From NCBI RefSeq assembly GCF_964204645.1, contig NC_134033.1, positions 12,966,655 through 13,030,654 on the forward strand: a stretch of DNA of 64,000 nucleotides, in the 5' to 3' direction. Positions 29,301 through 41,069 of this stretch are shown one piece after another (positions within the stretch are counted from its first letter, which is position 1; every line of letters begins with the position of its first letter). Below the pieces are notes generated by a model. It was not told the DNA's origin. It saw only the letters and a program-made list of their open reading frames with translations, and searched no databases. The position numbers were made by a program, and so were the translations under genes. The DNA is from Tubulanus polymorphus. Its lineage: Eukaryota; Animalia; Nemertea.

Positions 29301-29545
29301 TTCAATAAATCGCGCCTTGACGCTTATGTAAAATATGAAATCAAGCCAATACCTGTTTTCCACGGACATCCAATAAAAGGGAGAGATATCCACGGCCCGG
29401 GAAGCGGTTTCGTCGGTACGCCGCCTGTCGCTTCCGGTTCCGCCCGCCGGACAATCATCAGCAACGAAAGCGAAACGAGAAGAATAGCGGCCAAAAACAC
29501 GGTGAATTCCGAGGAACTACCGAGAAAGTATTCTATGAATGACAT
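26395..29545 (-). CDS. Cytochrome P450, clan 2 (CYP2-like), paralogue A, 511 aa
   Basis: Exons 29545-29353, 29041-28847, 28124-27609, 27502-27393, 27197-27012, 26898-26757, 26588-26395 (1536 nt, all GT-AG, in frame). N-terminal TM anchor, LPGPW, WKEQRRF, I-helix AGSETT, EILR, heme motif [11 protein letters not shown]. Confidence 0.96.
28319..28729. mobile_element. Two adjacent palindromic Harbinger-like MITEs (28319-28403 and 28420-28729) in intron 2 of CYP-A
   Basis: AGCCGGGCGTAGGTCGACCTTGCGACG termini, TTA/TAA flanks; absent from the paralogous intron of CYP-B. Confidence 0.85.
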
Positions 29546-31194
29546 GTTCTTCTCTCGAGGTTGGCTGAAATTGGAAGAATAATTTTTCATTTAACTGTAT
29601 TCGTTCGTAGGGAAACCTCGAATTGCATACCGTATCTAAAACTAACAGAAGATTGATCTTTTTACTCAATTCTGTGAGCTACCTTCAAAACCTTTTTTGA
29701 AAACCGTGTGCATTAAGTCATAGAATTGAATCGAAAAGTCTCTATGAGCCACGTTCAAAATTTTGGAAAAAAAGATTTTGAATTTAGTCGAAATGTTACT
29801 GAATTATATAATCTTAGATTTTTATCTATAATCGTTGATTTCTTTTCCTTACTGTCTGAATTGATGGCTAGAATTCAACTTACGGTACTAATATACACGA
29901 AATGCCATATATGCGAACTGTGTACAGAAAACCAATGACACCGCGGAAGAATATACCCCGGTATATATTCCGTGAAATATTTCTGCTAACTAGTAACTCA
30001 CACCAATGTGCCAGAACAGATTGCTGTTGGTTTCTGAAACGCTAAATCAGCAGTGTTGTTTTATTCCCCTACGAGTTCTCACACTTACGCGCGCGCGTGA
30101 TTGTGTCAGGTTATTACCATTATTAGCAATTCAAAATAGACCCGGGCGACGAGACAGTACTGAACGTCGCCGGGTTGAAAATCTAGGACGCGATAAAACT
30201 GATATCCGTGACGATTACAAATATTAGTAAACAATAACGCCTTTATCTGAGCAAGATAACGATCGTAGTTTTTCCAATCTAGAGCATTATCGTGGTTTTT
30301 GAATTCATTGAATAGGATTTTTAATTCCACAACCGGTTTCACAGAGTTCATTATCTGGGACGTCGTTCCACGCGGCCACGTAACGCGAGCTCCGATTTTG
30401 AAAAACCTGCCGGAACTTAATGCCCAGTCCGGGGTCAAAATATAGGACTGAATCCATTAATACAAACATCGCGCAAATGTTATTCATAGATGAAGATGCT
30501 AAAAATCACGATATGCAATTAATTTCTGCGAAGTCAATATCATATATAATGATAATCTATAGGTGATTTCAAGTGGTTTTAGATACGGCATGCAATGCTA
30601 TTGAGTGAAAACCCACAATGTAATCGAATTTATACATGACCGTTCTACAATAGCATCATTGAATTGTTACTGGAAAGCATGCGACGAGTTGCAGCCAGTA
30701 GATCAAGTAAAAATCTCATAATTCAGAATCCACCGAGCACTCGGTGATTACCGTTATTTCGTATAACTTCACCTCGCGTAGATCGCGTTAAACATATCTT
30801 TAAGTTAGGTCAAATTTCATATCTGAATGTGGGAAAAGGTTTGATAGAAAATGAGAATAATGTGAACAAAGATACAGAGTTTTATTTTCAATTAACAGAA
30901 CAATATAAGGTTGAATCATTAGATATTTATACGTAATTTGTGATACAGTTTTCGGAATATATAAACCCACAAAGAGAACAGCTTCGGCGAATTTCGGTTA
31001 GCGGAGTTAGTCGGAACTATAGTCCAGAAAAAGCGAACCACACAACTGATCACGGTGGCTGTAGTTCGGACCTATTTCCAGGATGGCCGACACAATGGCT
31101 GATACGCAACATCGAACTATAGCGCGTTCTGTCATCATCTCCAACTGCGACTGATTACAGAATCCAAGCCTTCAATGATGTCGCAGTTAATGTT

Positions 31195-34072
31195 TTAATT
31201 CGATGGTCGCGGCGTTGCGCATATGCGGAAAGGCTTTGGGCTGCGAACCACGCCGACCACAGGGTCTGATATCAACGCGTCGGCGTCTTCACCCGGTGCC
31301 AGTTTCACAGTGAACGCCTGCATCAAAGATACGTAAAAAATGAACAGTTCCATCTTTGCCAGTGATTCACCTGCGCACTGCCTTTTACCTGAAATAAACA
31401 AAACACAAAATAGACTGAATAATTGAATATCCTTGAAACATTTTAATGCAAAATGAAAGTCTTTGGTTTAGGTAACTTCCAACATTTCTTTCAACGACAT
31501 ATAGTATATCGTGTGCAGACCGAGCACTAGTGACAAAAAAACTTCTTGAAAAATACGCACCGATCGAGAATACAGCAATTTTATCCCTGTTTATCGGCTG
31601 CCCGTCGTTGTCGATAAAATTGCCGACATCAAACTGATCCGGATTCGGCCAGACATTTTTATCTCGATGTAACGCCCACAAATTCGCGATCACGAGCGCA
31701 TCCTGCGATAAAGAAACAAAGCGTCAAAATGTCAAACTCAACTACGAATACTAAACGAGTTTTAGTTCTCGATTTCATTGATTTCCGTACTTTTTTAACA
31801 GTGTATCCTCGCAGTGTTGTAGTTTCCGTAGCTCTGTGCGGTACTAACGTCACCAGAGTGCCGACCCTCAAGATTTCTAAAATCACCGCATCTGTGTACG
31901 GCATTTTCAACTTGTCTTCGATACTGGGCAGTCGATCTCGACCAATCACCGAGTCGATCTCTTCTTGAACCTTGTTCTGAAAAATTTATTGAAAACCCAC
32001 GTAGTCAATAACGAGACTGTGATTTTGTCGTCTGGAAATTTTCAGCCTTATTTGGCTCGACACCAAAAACTATGTTAATAAATCACGACAGGGGTACTGG
32101 TGTCGAATAGCCCTTTTGATATCACTGATTTCAAGATATCAATGACAATGGATGATTCTAATGGTCCATACCTGCACCTCGGGGTTTGCGCACATTAGTA
32201 GCAGTGACCATCGAAGCGATGTGGAAGTTGTTTCCGATCCAGCTACGAACATTTCAAACACTGTTCTTCTCATTTGATGATCTGAAAAATCGGATTATTA
32301 TTGTATAAAACTGTTAACATTGCTGACCACTGTTTTTTGAGATTTGATATCGTAGGCTTATCTTACTGAATCTGGGGCTGGTTGCGCAGTCCAAACGAGG
32401 GCTTTTATCTTATGACTGATCTGAAGTCGTTAGATTGGCCATAACTAAGTCGGTCTTAGACTCGCCTTGAGTCTAAGCGGTAGATATGGAACCAGTCCCA
32501 TGTTATTCTCAAAATTGATTAGTTCGATTAACTCCGCTAAGGAAGTGAGTTCAACTTTCTAAATCAAAGTTACCGTTGAATATTTCAGTTTTCTTCCCGG
32601 CATTCTCTTGAATACGACGCATATACGCATGCGTGAAGTCGTTGACGTTATTTGGATCGAATGTTCTCCGGTGCTCGTCGATGTACGGCCCAATTACATT
32701 CTGGATGTACTTGATGTTAGCTATGAACTGCTTAATGCCTGTTACATCGCCCGGTAGGTGGCGCAGAAATGATAATCTGGAGTTGCGTATGATATTACTA
32801 GAAGCGTTCGAAGTGATCGTTCTCAAAATCTCTTTCGAAGTTTCCGAATAGTAACTTTGATTTTTGGCGCCGAAAACTAAACAACAGATGACGTTGGAAA
32901 CAGTGACACCTATCGTTGTCTTTGGATCGAACGGTTGACCGTGTTGCTCGTTAAAGATGTCGATAAGATGACTGGCTTCATCTTGAATAGGCGGCACCAT
33001 GGAGGATTTACCCATACCCAGATCTCTCATGGCGTTCAGCGTAAAACGCCGCTGTTCTTTCCAGACTGGACCGTCATTCATAAGCAGTCCTGGAAATACA
33101 GCAGAGTATAAGATGGATGATATAAGCTATGATAATTTATTCTAATTGAACGTCCGATGAAAGCGAACCAAAACCAGAATTCCTATCCGTAGTTTTAAAC
33201 TATCTTTTTTTAAGTTAAAGATTCTGTCGTCTCTGCAAAATCCGTGGATAATTGCATCGATTAACTTTAAGCGGTGCCCTTTAATGCAGAAAACCCTCAG
33301 CAGTTACTCGGAGCAAGGATAAAGCATATTCATTAAGCCAAGTATCTTATGAATCTTACCGGCATCTTTTATCACGTCACTACGTAAATAACTAAATGGT
33401 TTTCCGGTGATGGCGTCTCCCTTCTTCTGGAACCCCTCGCGGACTGCGTCGTGCGTGTTCAGAATGACGTTGCCTCGCCCGAGAAGATTTATCGCGTATA
33501 CCTCACCGTACTCGTCTTTCAACGCGGTCAGCATTTGATGTGGCAGTTTGAATCCTAACAAAAGTAGAATCAAGGTTTGTTTAAAAAAAGAAGATTTGAA
33601 GTCGGTTCTCACATAAACGAGTCACTCTCTTTTGAAGGAAAATGGCCATTGACGAAAATGTATCATTTTCATAGCTCATAGCAATTGAGTCGAAACGTCT
33701 CGATAAGTCCACTCTCCTATCTTATCTTCAATGTGAACCTATTTCTTTCTTTTATTTAATTTTGTTCCGTTCACTTCGAAATCAATGACTTTGACAAAGA
33801 AACGACTGTAACACACAAACTTACGACTTCAATAAATCGCGCCTTGACGCTCATGTAAGATATGAAATCAAGCCAATACCTGTTTTCCACGGACATCCAA
33901 TAAAAGGAAGAGATATCCACGGCCCGGGAAGCGATTTGGTCGGTACGCCGTCGGTCGCTTCCGGTTCCGCCCGCCAGACAATCATCAGCAACGAAAGCGA
34001 AACGAGAAGAATAGCGACCAAAAACACGGTAAATTCCGAGAAACTACCGAGAAAGTATTCCATGAATGACAT
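31195..34072 (-). CDS. Cytochrome P450, clan 2 (CYP2-like), paralogue B, 511 aa
   Basis: Exons 34072-33880, 33554-33360, 33089-32574, 32281-32172, 31976-31791, 31702-31561, 31388-31195; same exon lengths and motifs as paralogue A, no stops. Confidence 0.96.
32375..32498. mobile_element. Harbinger-like MITE in intron 3 of CYP-B
   Basis: Same family as 18501-18638; not present in CYP-A intron 3. Confidence 0.7.
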
Positions 34073-34323
34073 GTTCTTCTCTCGTGGTTCGCTGAGATCC
34101 GAATAGTAACCTCGTATCTTCCTGAATCACAATTACCAAGAAATCGACGCCGAAGAAATTGAAGAAACTGAAAATAAAAAAGAAAATGAATTCAAGAATT
34201 CACCCACATTTATAAAGAAAACTTGTCGACAAGAGAGGATTACCACTGCTAACTAAAATCTCACACGAATGAACAATCAGATTGCTGGTGGTTTCTGAAG
34301 TACTATGGTACACCAGCAGCGGT

Positions 34324-34331
34324 ATTTATAT
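34324..34331 (-). promoter_or_regulatory. TATA box of CYP-B upstream of a probable non-coding first exon
   Basis: TATAAATA on the minus strand within a block alignable to the CYP-A upstream region (~29980-30070); GTGAG donor conserved in both paralogues. Confidence 0.5.
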
Positions 34332-35145
34332 GCCTCACTACGCGCTGCGTAAGGTTTTTTTCCATTATTACGCAATTCAAAATACTAGCTCTCACGGCCA
34401 GGTCAAAATATAGGATATCTTCGAACTATCTCCAGGTTCAAAATATAGGACGCCGATCGTTCATTGGCACCGGAAGCGACCTATTTTAGTAAACCGTTAT
34501 GATGATAAGACATAAAACGCCTTTATCTTGATGACAGTATTTTCCTATCAGAGTTTTGAGTGGCTTTTCACGGACAGAGTCATTCTTTTCTGGGACGTGG
34601 TGCGCATTGAATGAAATTTCCGCGACCGCGTAGGCGCGCTCCGACTTTGAAAACCTGCCAAGTTACGAAGTCCGGGGTCAAAATAGGACTGGATTCAAGA
34701 ACACAAACATCGTGCAAATGTAGATGAGATGGTTAAGAATAAAACTTAGGTTATTGCAAGAAACTTATGCGTATGTTATCATTGATAGCAAAAAATACAT
34801 CTTTATGTATTCACTGCCTCTCGATGATCCATGGTAAAACACTTGTAGTTAAGCGGTAAAATGTTTTTAATTTGAAATAAACATATATCGTGGTAGCCCC
34901 GGCATTACTTATATATTTCTTATTTATTGGATGTGATACAGGTAACAAACAAATCCCCGTTTCTTAGAAAAATCGGATTCCTCCAGGGCCCCTTGAAAAT
35001 GGTTCTTAGTTGACACCCGGAAATTCTTAATAAATTGTTGAGTATTTTGATGTAACCAAATTTAAAACTGTTTGGCTTTTTCATTAGGATATCACTCCCG
35101 AATCCTCCACCGCGACAATACAACCTGCTGTGCATGGATGTAATC

Positions 35146-35208
35146 GAGGATTCGAACCCGCGACATTAGTTATGGTACCGGCACGGTAAACCAGATGGCG
35201 CAACGATC
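35146..35208 (-). pseudogene. Degenerate tRNA-like sequence (B-box GGTTCGAATCC, CAT at anticodon-like position)
   Basis: B-box intact but stems imperfect, so unlikely to be a functional tRNA. Confidence 0.35.
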
Positions 35209-36009
35209 GAATGCGGAAGTAAATAAACGATGGATTTAGAAATATCTGCGGCAAATAAACGAAGACATTCGACGATTTGTTGACTTCTGCTGGCGATTAT
35301 TTAGCTGTAGATTGATCCGGGAGATTAAGCAGTAAATATACTTTATTTATCATCTGTAGCTTCATGTTGAATTTCTAAGGAATCACGTTTAAAATGCGCA
35401 AAAATGTACGACTAAGCCTGTAGTGTGTGTGGTGGCAGTGCCATGTCAGTGGCAGTATTAGTATTCCAGTAACATTCGAATTTCCCCATTTCTTTACGCC
35501 GCACAATCAATGCCATGTTCCTGTCAATCTACACCTTTCAATCGTATGTCACTTGCGTGGCTTTGTACGACAGACCTATGGGATCCAGAATGGAAGTTAA
35601 CTAGGCCTTGGCCTAGCCCCTAACTTAAGCAGGAATGGATATGGTTGAAGTTGTTGGGTCAGGGGTTAAAGGATAAGGGTTAGGCCTATGGGAGGAAAAC
35701 GATGAAGTCAATTATGTGATATGGGTACTATATGACACTACAATATCTAAATTTGAAATCTTATATAAGTCTAATAGGCCCACTGATGAGAATAAGTAAA
35801 GATGGTGTTACCTGCACAAGAGGCTCTCTGTTGAAAGCATACAGGGGCTCTGAACATAGTGCTGATTTTTATGAAATTCTATGGTAGGTCTAGATAGGTT
35901 GTGGTTGACAAGTTCCAGTGAGTTTAAGACTAATGCATCAACAACTTCTATGAGAATTCACCAATTAGTTTTCATTTTCCATGCAATATTATCGACTAAG
36001 ACAGTAGAC

Positions 36010-36130
36010 GACCCAACCGTAAGAGCACCATCAATAGAAGCCTTAAAACGAGGTTCCACTGTTACTTACCCTCTATCACGTATCATCAACCACGTGTCAA
36101 CATTGGTTCCGGATGTACCAGATCTAGATT
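36010..36130 (+). mobile_element. 3' end remnant of a CR1/L2-group LINE
   Basis: Translates VRAPSIEALKR, resembling the C-terminal 'APSxxAFKxRL' of such RT ORFs, followed by a tail-like CCAGATCTAGAT. Confidence 0.4.
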
Positions 36131-36131
36131 C

Positions 36132-38249
36132 GGTCTTTCACGTACTGGTCTCATCAATCCAGGATTCATGTGTTTGAATCCTGGTAGTAGTAGCCAGTCA
36201 GTCTTTCACTGGTCTCTCATCAATCCAGGGTTCATGTGTTTGAATCCTGATGGTAGCAGTCAGTCAGTCTTTCACTGGTCTCTCATCAATCCAGGGTTCA
36301 TGTGTTTGAATCCTGATGGTAGCAGTCAGTCAGTCTTTCACTGGTCTCTCATCAATCCAGGGTTCATGTGTTTGAATCCTGGTGGTAGCAGTCAGTCAGT
36401 CTTTCACTGGTCTCTCATCAATGCAGGGTTCATGTGTTTGAATCCTGGTGGTAGCAGTCAGTCAGTCTTTCACTGGTCTCTCATCAATGCAGGGTTCATG
36501 TGTTTGAATCCTGGTGGTAGCAGTCAGTCAGTCTTTCACTGGTCTCTCATCAATCCAGGGTTCATGTGATTGAATCCTGGTGGTAGCAGTCAGTCAGTCT
36601 TTCACTGGTCTCTCATCAATCCAGGGTTCATGTGTTTGAATCCTGGTGGTAGCAGTCAGTCAGTCTTTCACTGGTCTCTCATCAATGCAGGGTTCATGTG
36701 TTTGAATCCTGGTGGTAGCAGTCAGTCAGTCTTTCACTGGTCTCTCATCAATTCAGGGTTCATGTGTTTTAATCCTGGTGGTAGCAGTCAGTCAGTCTTT
36801 CACTGGTCTCTCATCAATTCAGGGTTCATGTGTTTGAATCCTGGTGGTAGCAGTCAGTCAGTCTTTCACTGGTCTCTCATCAATTCAGGGTTCATGTGTT
36901 TGAATCCTGGTGTTTGCAGTCAGTCAGTCTTTCACTGGTCTCTCATCAATCCAGGATTCATGTGTTTGAATCCTGATGGTAGCAGTCAGTCAGTCTTTCA
37001 CTGGTCTCTCATCAATCCAGGGTTCATGTGTTTGAATCCTGGTGGTAGCAGTCAGTCAGTCTTTCACTGGTCTCTCATCAATCCGTGGTTCATGTGTTTG
37101 AATCCTGGTGGTAGCAGTCAGTCAGTCTTTCACTGGTCTCTCATCAATCCAGGGTTCATGTGTTTGAATCCTGATGGTAGCAGTCAGTCAGTCTTTCACT
37201 GGTCTCTCATCAATGCAGGGTTCATGTGTTTGAATCCTGGTGGTAGCAGTCAGTCAGTCTTTCACTGGTCTCTCATCAATCCAGGGTTCATGTGTTTGAA
37301 TCCTGATGGTAGCAGTCAGTCAGTCTTTCACTGGTCTCTCATCAATCCAGGGTTCATGTGTTTGAATCCTGGTGGTAGCAGTCAGTCAGTCTTTCACTGG
37401 TCTCTCATCAATGCAGGGTTCATGTGTTTGAATCCTGGTGGTAGCAGTCAGTCAGTCTTTCACTGGTCTCTCATCAATTCAGGGTTCATGTGTTTGAATC
37501 CTGGTGGTAGCAGTCAGTCAGTCTTTCACTTACTGGTCTGTCATCAATCCAGGGTTCATGTGTTTGAATCCTGGTGTTAAGCAGTCAGTCAGTCTTTCAC
37601 TGGTGTCTCATCAATCCAGGGTTCATGTGTTTGAATCCTGATGGTAGCAGTCAGTCAGTCTTTCACTGGTGTCTCATCAATCCAGGGTTCATGTGTTTGA
37701 ATCCTGCTGGTAGCAGTCAGTCAGTCTTTCACTGGTCTCTCATCAATCCAGGGTTCATGTATTTGAATCCTGATGGTAGCAGTCAGTCAGTCTTTCACTG
37801 GTCTCTCATCAATCCAGGGTTCATGTGTTTGAATCCTGATGGTAGCAGTCAGTCAGTCTTTCACTGGTCTCTCATCAATCCAGGGTTCATGTGTTTGAAT
37901 CCTGGTGGTAGCAGTCAGTCAGTCTTTCACGGGTCTCTCATCAATCCAGGGTTCATGTGTTTGAATCCTGGTGTTAGCAGTCAGTCAGTCTTTCACTGGT
38001 CTCTCATCAATCCAGGGTTCATGTGTTTGAATCCTGGTGGTAGCAGTCAGTCAGTCTTTCACTGGTCTCTCATCAATGCAGGGTTCATGTGTTTGAATCC
38101 TGATGGTAGCAGTCAGTCAGTCTTTCACTTGTCTCTCATCAATGCAGGGTTCATGTGTTTGAATCCTGATGGTAGCAGTCAGTCAGTCTTTCACTGGTCT
38201 CTCATCAATGCAGGGTTCATGTGTTTGAATCCTGATGGTAGCAGTCAGT
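36132..38249. repeat. 66-bp tandem minisatellite, ~32 copies
   Basis: Unit TTCATGTGTTTGAATCCTGGTGGTAGCAGTCAGTCAGTCTTTCACTGGTCTCTCATCAATCCAGGG; head-to-tail with no spacers. Confidence 0.98.
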
Positions 38250-38496
38250 AGGCGTGAATTGCGATGTAGAGTTATATTTCATCATATGAACAACAACGCG
38301 TTTAGAACTGAAAACTAAAAACATCAATCTGTGTCGTGTGATATCGATGGAGACATCATAACGTCGTCATCATCATCAGCGGAAATCTGCTGCCAGCTCG
38401 GTCGGATTCAACTCTCACTCTGAAATCAATAAATACAGAACGCACTATGAACCGTCCTCGGTTGTTGTCACCGGGGTTCGGCGTTGTGCGCGACGT

Positions 38497-39580
38497 GTTT
38501 CCTTGGTTACAACCCGATTCGACTCAACAAAGCGAGCCCCCCTAATGACAATCACCTTAACGACGTCGTCGACGATCGCGAGGGATTTTTCGCCAATCAA
38601 ACAGGGATTTCGTTCGGGATCTCGTCGCCACTGATAAAGTAGAGCGTTTATGCTAGAACGTGATTAACCCGCCGGTCTCCGCGCTGCGAGGTAACGGAAG
38701 CCTTCATGCGATATTTTTTCGTAAGTTTTTCGAATTATTTCGTCATCAGACATTTAATCTCGAGTCCAGATGAGTCACCTCATGGTAAGTTGAAGTTGCA
38801 GTTACTGTTTGTCAGGTTCACTAGTACTTAAGTCGTTCTTCGTGTTTCAATTCCTTTTAAATGTCGACTGAAAGTGGAATCAACTTTTTTACTGGAACCA
38901 ATTCCAAGAATTCAATTATAAGAATATTGTAAATAACCTGATTCTAACTTGCAGTGAACTTCAATCTTTAAGTAACACCATATTTGTCAAATGATTACTT
39001 AAAGCTTTCAAGTTAGTTTTCTTGTTTTAATTATGATTATTCTTATGATAATCGAGTAGAAAATGAACTGATTTTGACCAAACGTATGACGGATTAGGAT
39101 TTTAGGATTTTATTTACAGTCCAACCATTTCTGTGGTACATGGAGGGATACTTATACAAAGTATACAATATTTACAATTAACAGAAAGTATAAACTTGTT
39201 TTCATGAAATAAAAATATCGAAAAATATCTGATTTTGTCGCAACTATCGAAACTCGATGATCTGCAAACCGATATGGCCGCCGTGAAAGAAGCGCTCGAA
39301 TATTGTCACGAGGACGTATGACAACTAAAAAACGAAAACCAAATCCTCAAAAACAAAGTTCACGAACTCGAAAAAGTTGTAGCCGAACAGGATGCGTTAC
39401 TGACTTAATCAGTAGCACGCCATCTGGTGGGTAAGCTGGTTTTCGGGGATGCAACGGAACGTGTATAATCCGGATTATTTTCCGCGGTTTCCCGTGGATC
39501 GTACATCGTGACTCCCGGCGTTTCAAATTAACAACACGCGGTTTTGTAAAAAAAAAAGTACATTACGTTGCCATGGAAAC
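38497..39580. promoter_or_regulatory. Probable upstream regulatory region of the PARG-like gene: X-boxes (38497-38510, 39567-39580), CCAAT (38593), CTCF-like site (39415-39430)
   Basis: GTTGCCATGGAAAC is a perfect X-box; CCACCAGATGGCGTGC on the minus strand; ATG|GTAAGT donor at ~38785. Confidence 0.4.
39232..39408 (+). pseudogene. Decayed coiled-coil fragment resembling LINE ORF1
   Basis: ILSQLSKLDDLQTDMAAVKEALEYCHEDV*QLKNENQILKNKVHELEK: heptad pattern with in-frame TGA at 39319. Confidence 0.45.
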
Positions 39581-41069
39581 CGAAATTGTATTAAAAAACG
39601 GAAAAATGTGAAATTCTGACGAACGTTGCTGAAGGGAAAATGACGGATTTAGTTAGAAATATTACGTATTGCGAAGACAGTTCGGAGCTTCGCGCATGTA
39701 GTGCTCGCTGATCTTCTCCATTTTTGACACATTTTCATCCCCTCACTGCCTCGTGAGACGTGTTCATCCTCTTTGTAATGTTTATTCCTTCACTCTACTT
39801 TTTTCAATGTTAATTCCCTCGCCCTATATTTGTAATGCCACAGCGTCATCATGGGCCGCAAATGCGTGTAGGCCTACATAGTGACCATCCTTGTGTACCA
39901 CCTTTTTTCCCAAAAGCTAAATCTGTTTTAAATGCAGTGATTGCGCAACCGGCCATGGGAGATTTCGATTCACAACTAGCTATTGTATAGGGTTGTAATA
40001 TCCACCGAGGGCCCGTATTATGATAAAACCGAATTTAAACCCTCGACAACCATTATCGCGTAATTGGTTTCTTGTCGGGTGTCAGGCGTTCGTCGATTGT
40101 GTTGAACGGTGATCGTTCGGTTCATCGCGATTAATGATACCAATAATAATACGACCAGTAAATCATACTTAATTAACTGTTTATGACGAATCTCGTTCGT
40201 GAACGTCGTTTCGAGCCTTACGTGTTTCATTAAGTTACGCCTTATTGATTTGACTCGCTACGGTCATTTCGATTCGTCAAAACATTCGTTTATACGTTTA
40301 ACAGTTGCATTTCACACAGTCGCTACGACTCATCAGTTTCGCAGAGTTTCGGTCACAATTTACAATTCTTCCTTCTTAACAGAAAATGCTTTTAAAGATG
40401 CTTGAAACTCCTTGAATTTGATCAAAATGCCCAAAGCTCCTTTAAAACTCCTTCAACTTTGCAGACGCTTCCTCGAAATTTGTAATTTACACCTTGAAAA
40501 CTCCTTATCCAGGAATGACTGATCTGTAGGGCTTCTGTTTGATATTCTTGTGCAATAGAAAAGGGTTTAGTCAATTTATCTGGATTAGTTGCAATGCCTC
40601 CCCTATATATGGTTGCACATGTCCTCTTTTTGTCTCCTTTCCCCTCTCTCTGCACTCTTTCTCTCCCCACCTGCCATTCATTCCTTCTCTTTCATTTTCT
40701 CACATCTCTATTCGGCGACTTTTATTCATTTCTTTCTCTGTCAATCTGTGTTTGAATGCTGTCAGAGCGGCGTGCGGTGTACAGTAGCTGACTGCTGTCG
40801 GTGCTGCAGTTATTATTGGCTTCTCTAGACGATGACGACGAGATTGATGCCTGACTACCGACGAGTCAGTTACTCTACCTCTCAGTCGAATCCATCAACA
40901 ACAACGACATTCATATCATTCGAGTGCAGTGGTTTTTATTTCAGATGGAAATGAAGTTTCACCGATCCATTTGAAGGTAATTCATTCATCAGCAGCTTAT
41001 TTCATGCGATTGACTATTTCGATTTGCATACATTTACATTATATCTTTTCTAATTCTAGCGATCTCTTT

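Noticed and set aside
26395-34072. CYP pair as an uncollapsed-haplotype artefact or pseudogene
   Set aside because: Several introns and the flanks are too diverged to be alleles, TE insertions differ, and both reading frames are intact.
35146-35208. Functional tRNA-Met
   Set aside because: T-stem and acceptor stem pairing are defective; kept only as a tRNA-like remnant.
36132-38249. CRISPR array
   Set aside because: The repeats are palindromic but have no unique spacers, there are no cas genes, and the context is eukaryotic.
36168-38251. Long repetitive ORFs (MCLNPGGSSQSVFHWSLINPGF)n as a repeat protein
   Set aside because: The open frame is a by-product of a 66-bp unit lacking stops in one frame. 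It is broken by a TGA and a frameshift, has no unique flanking domains, and the unit is explained by a SINE head.
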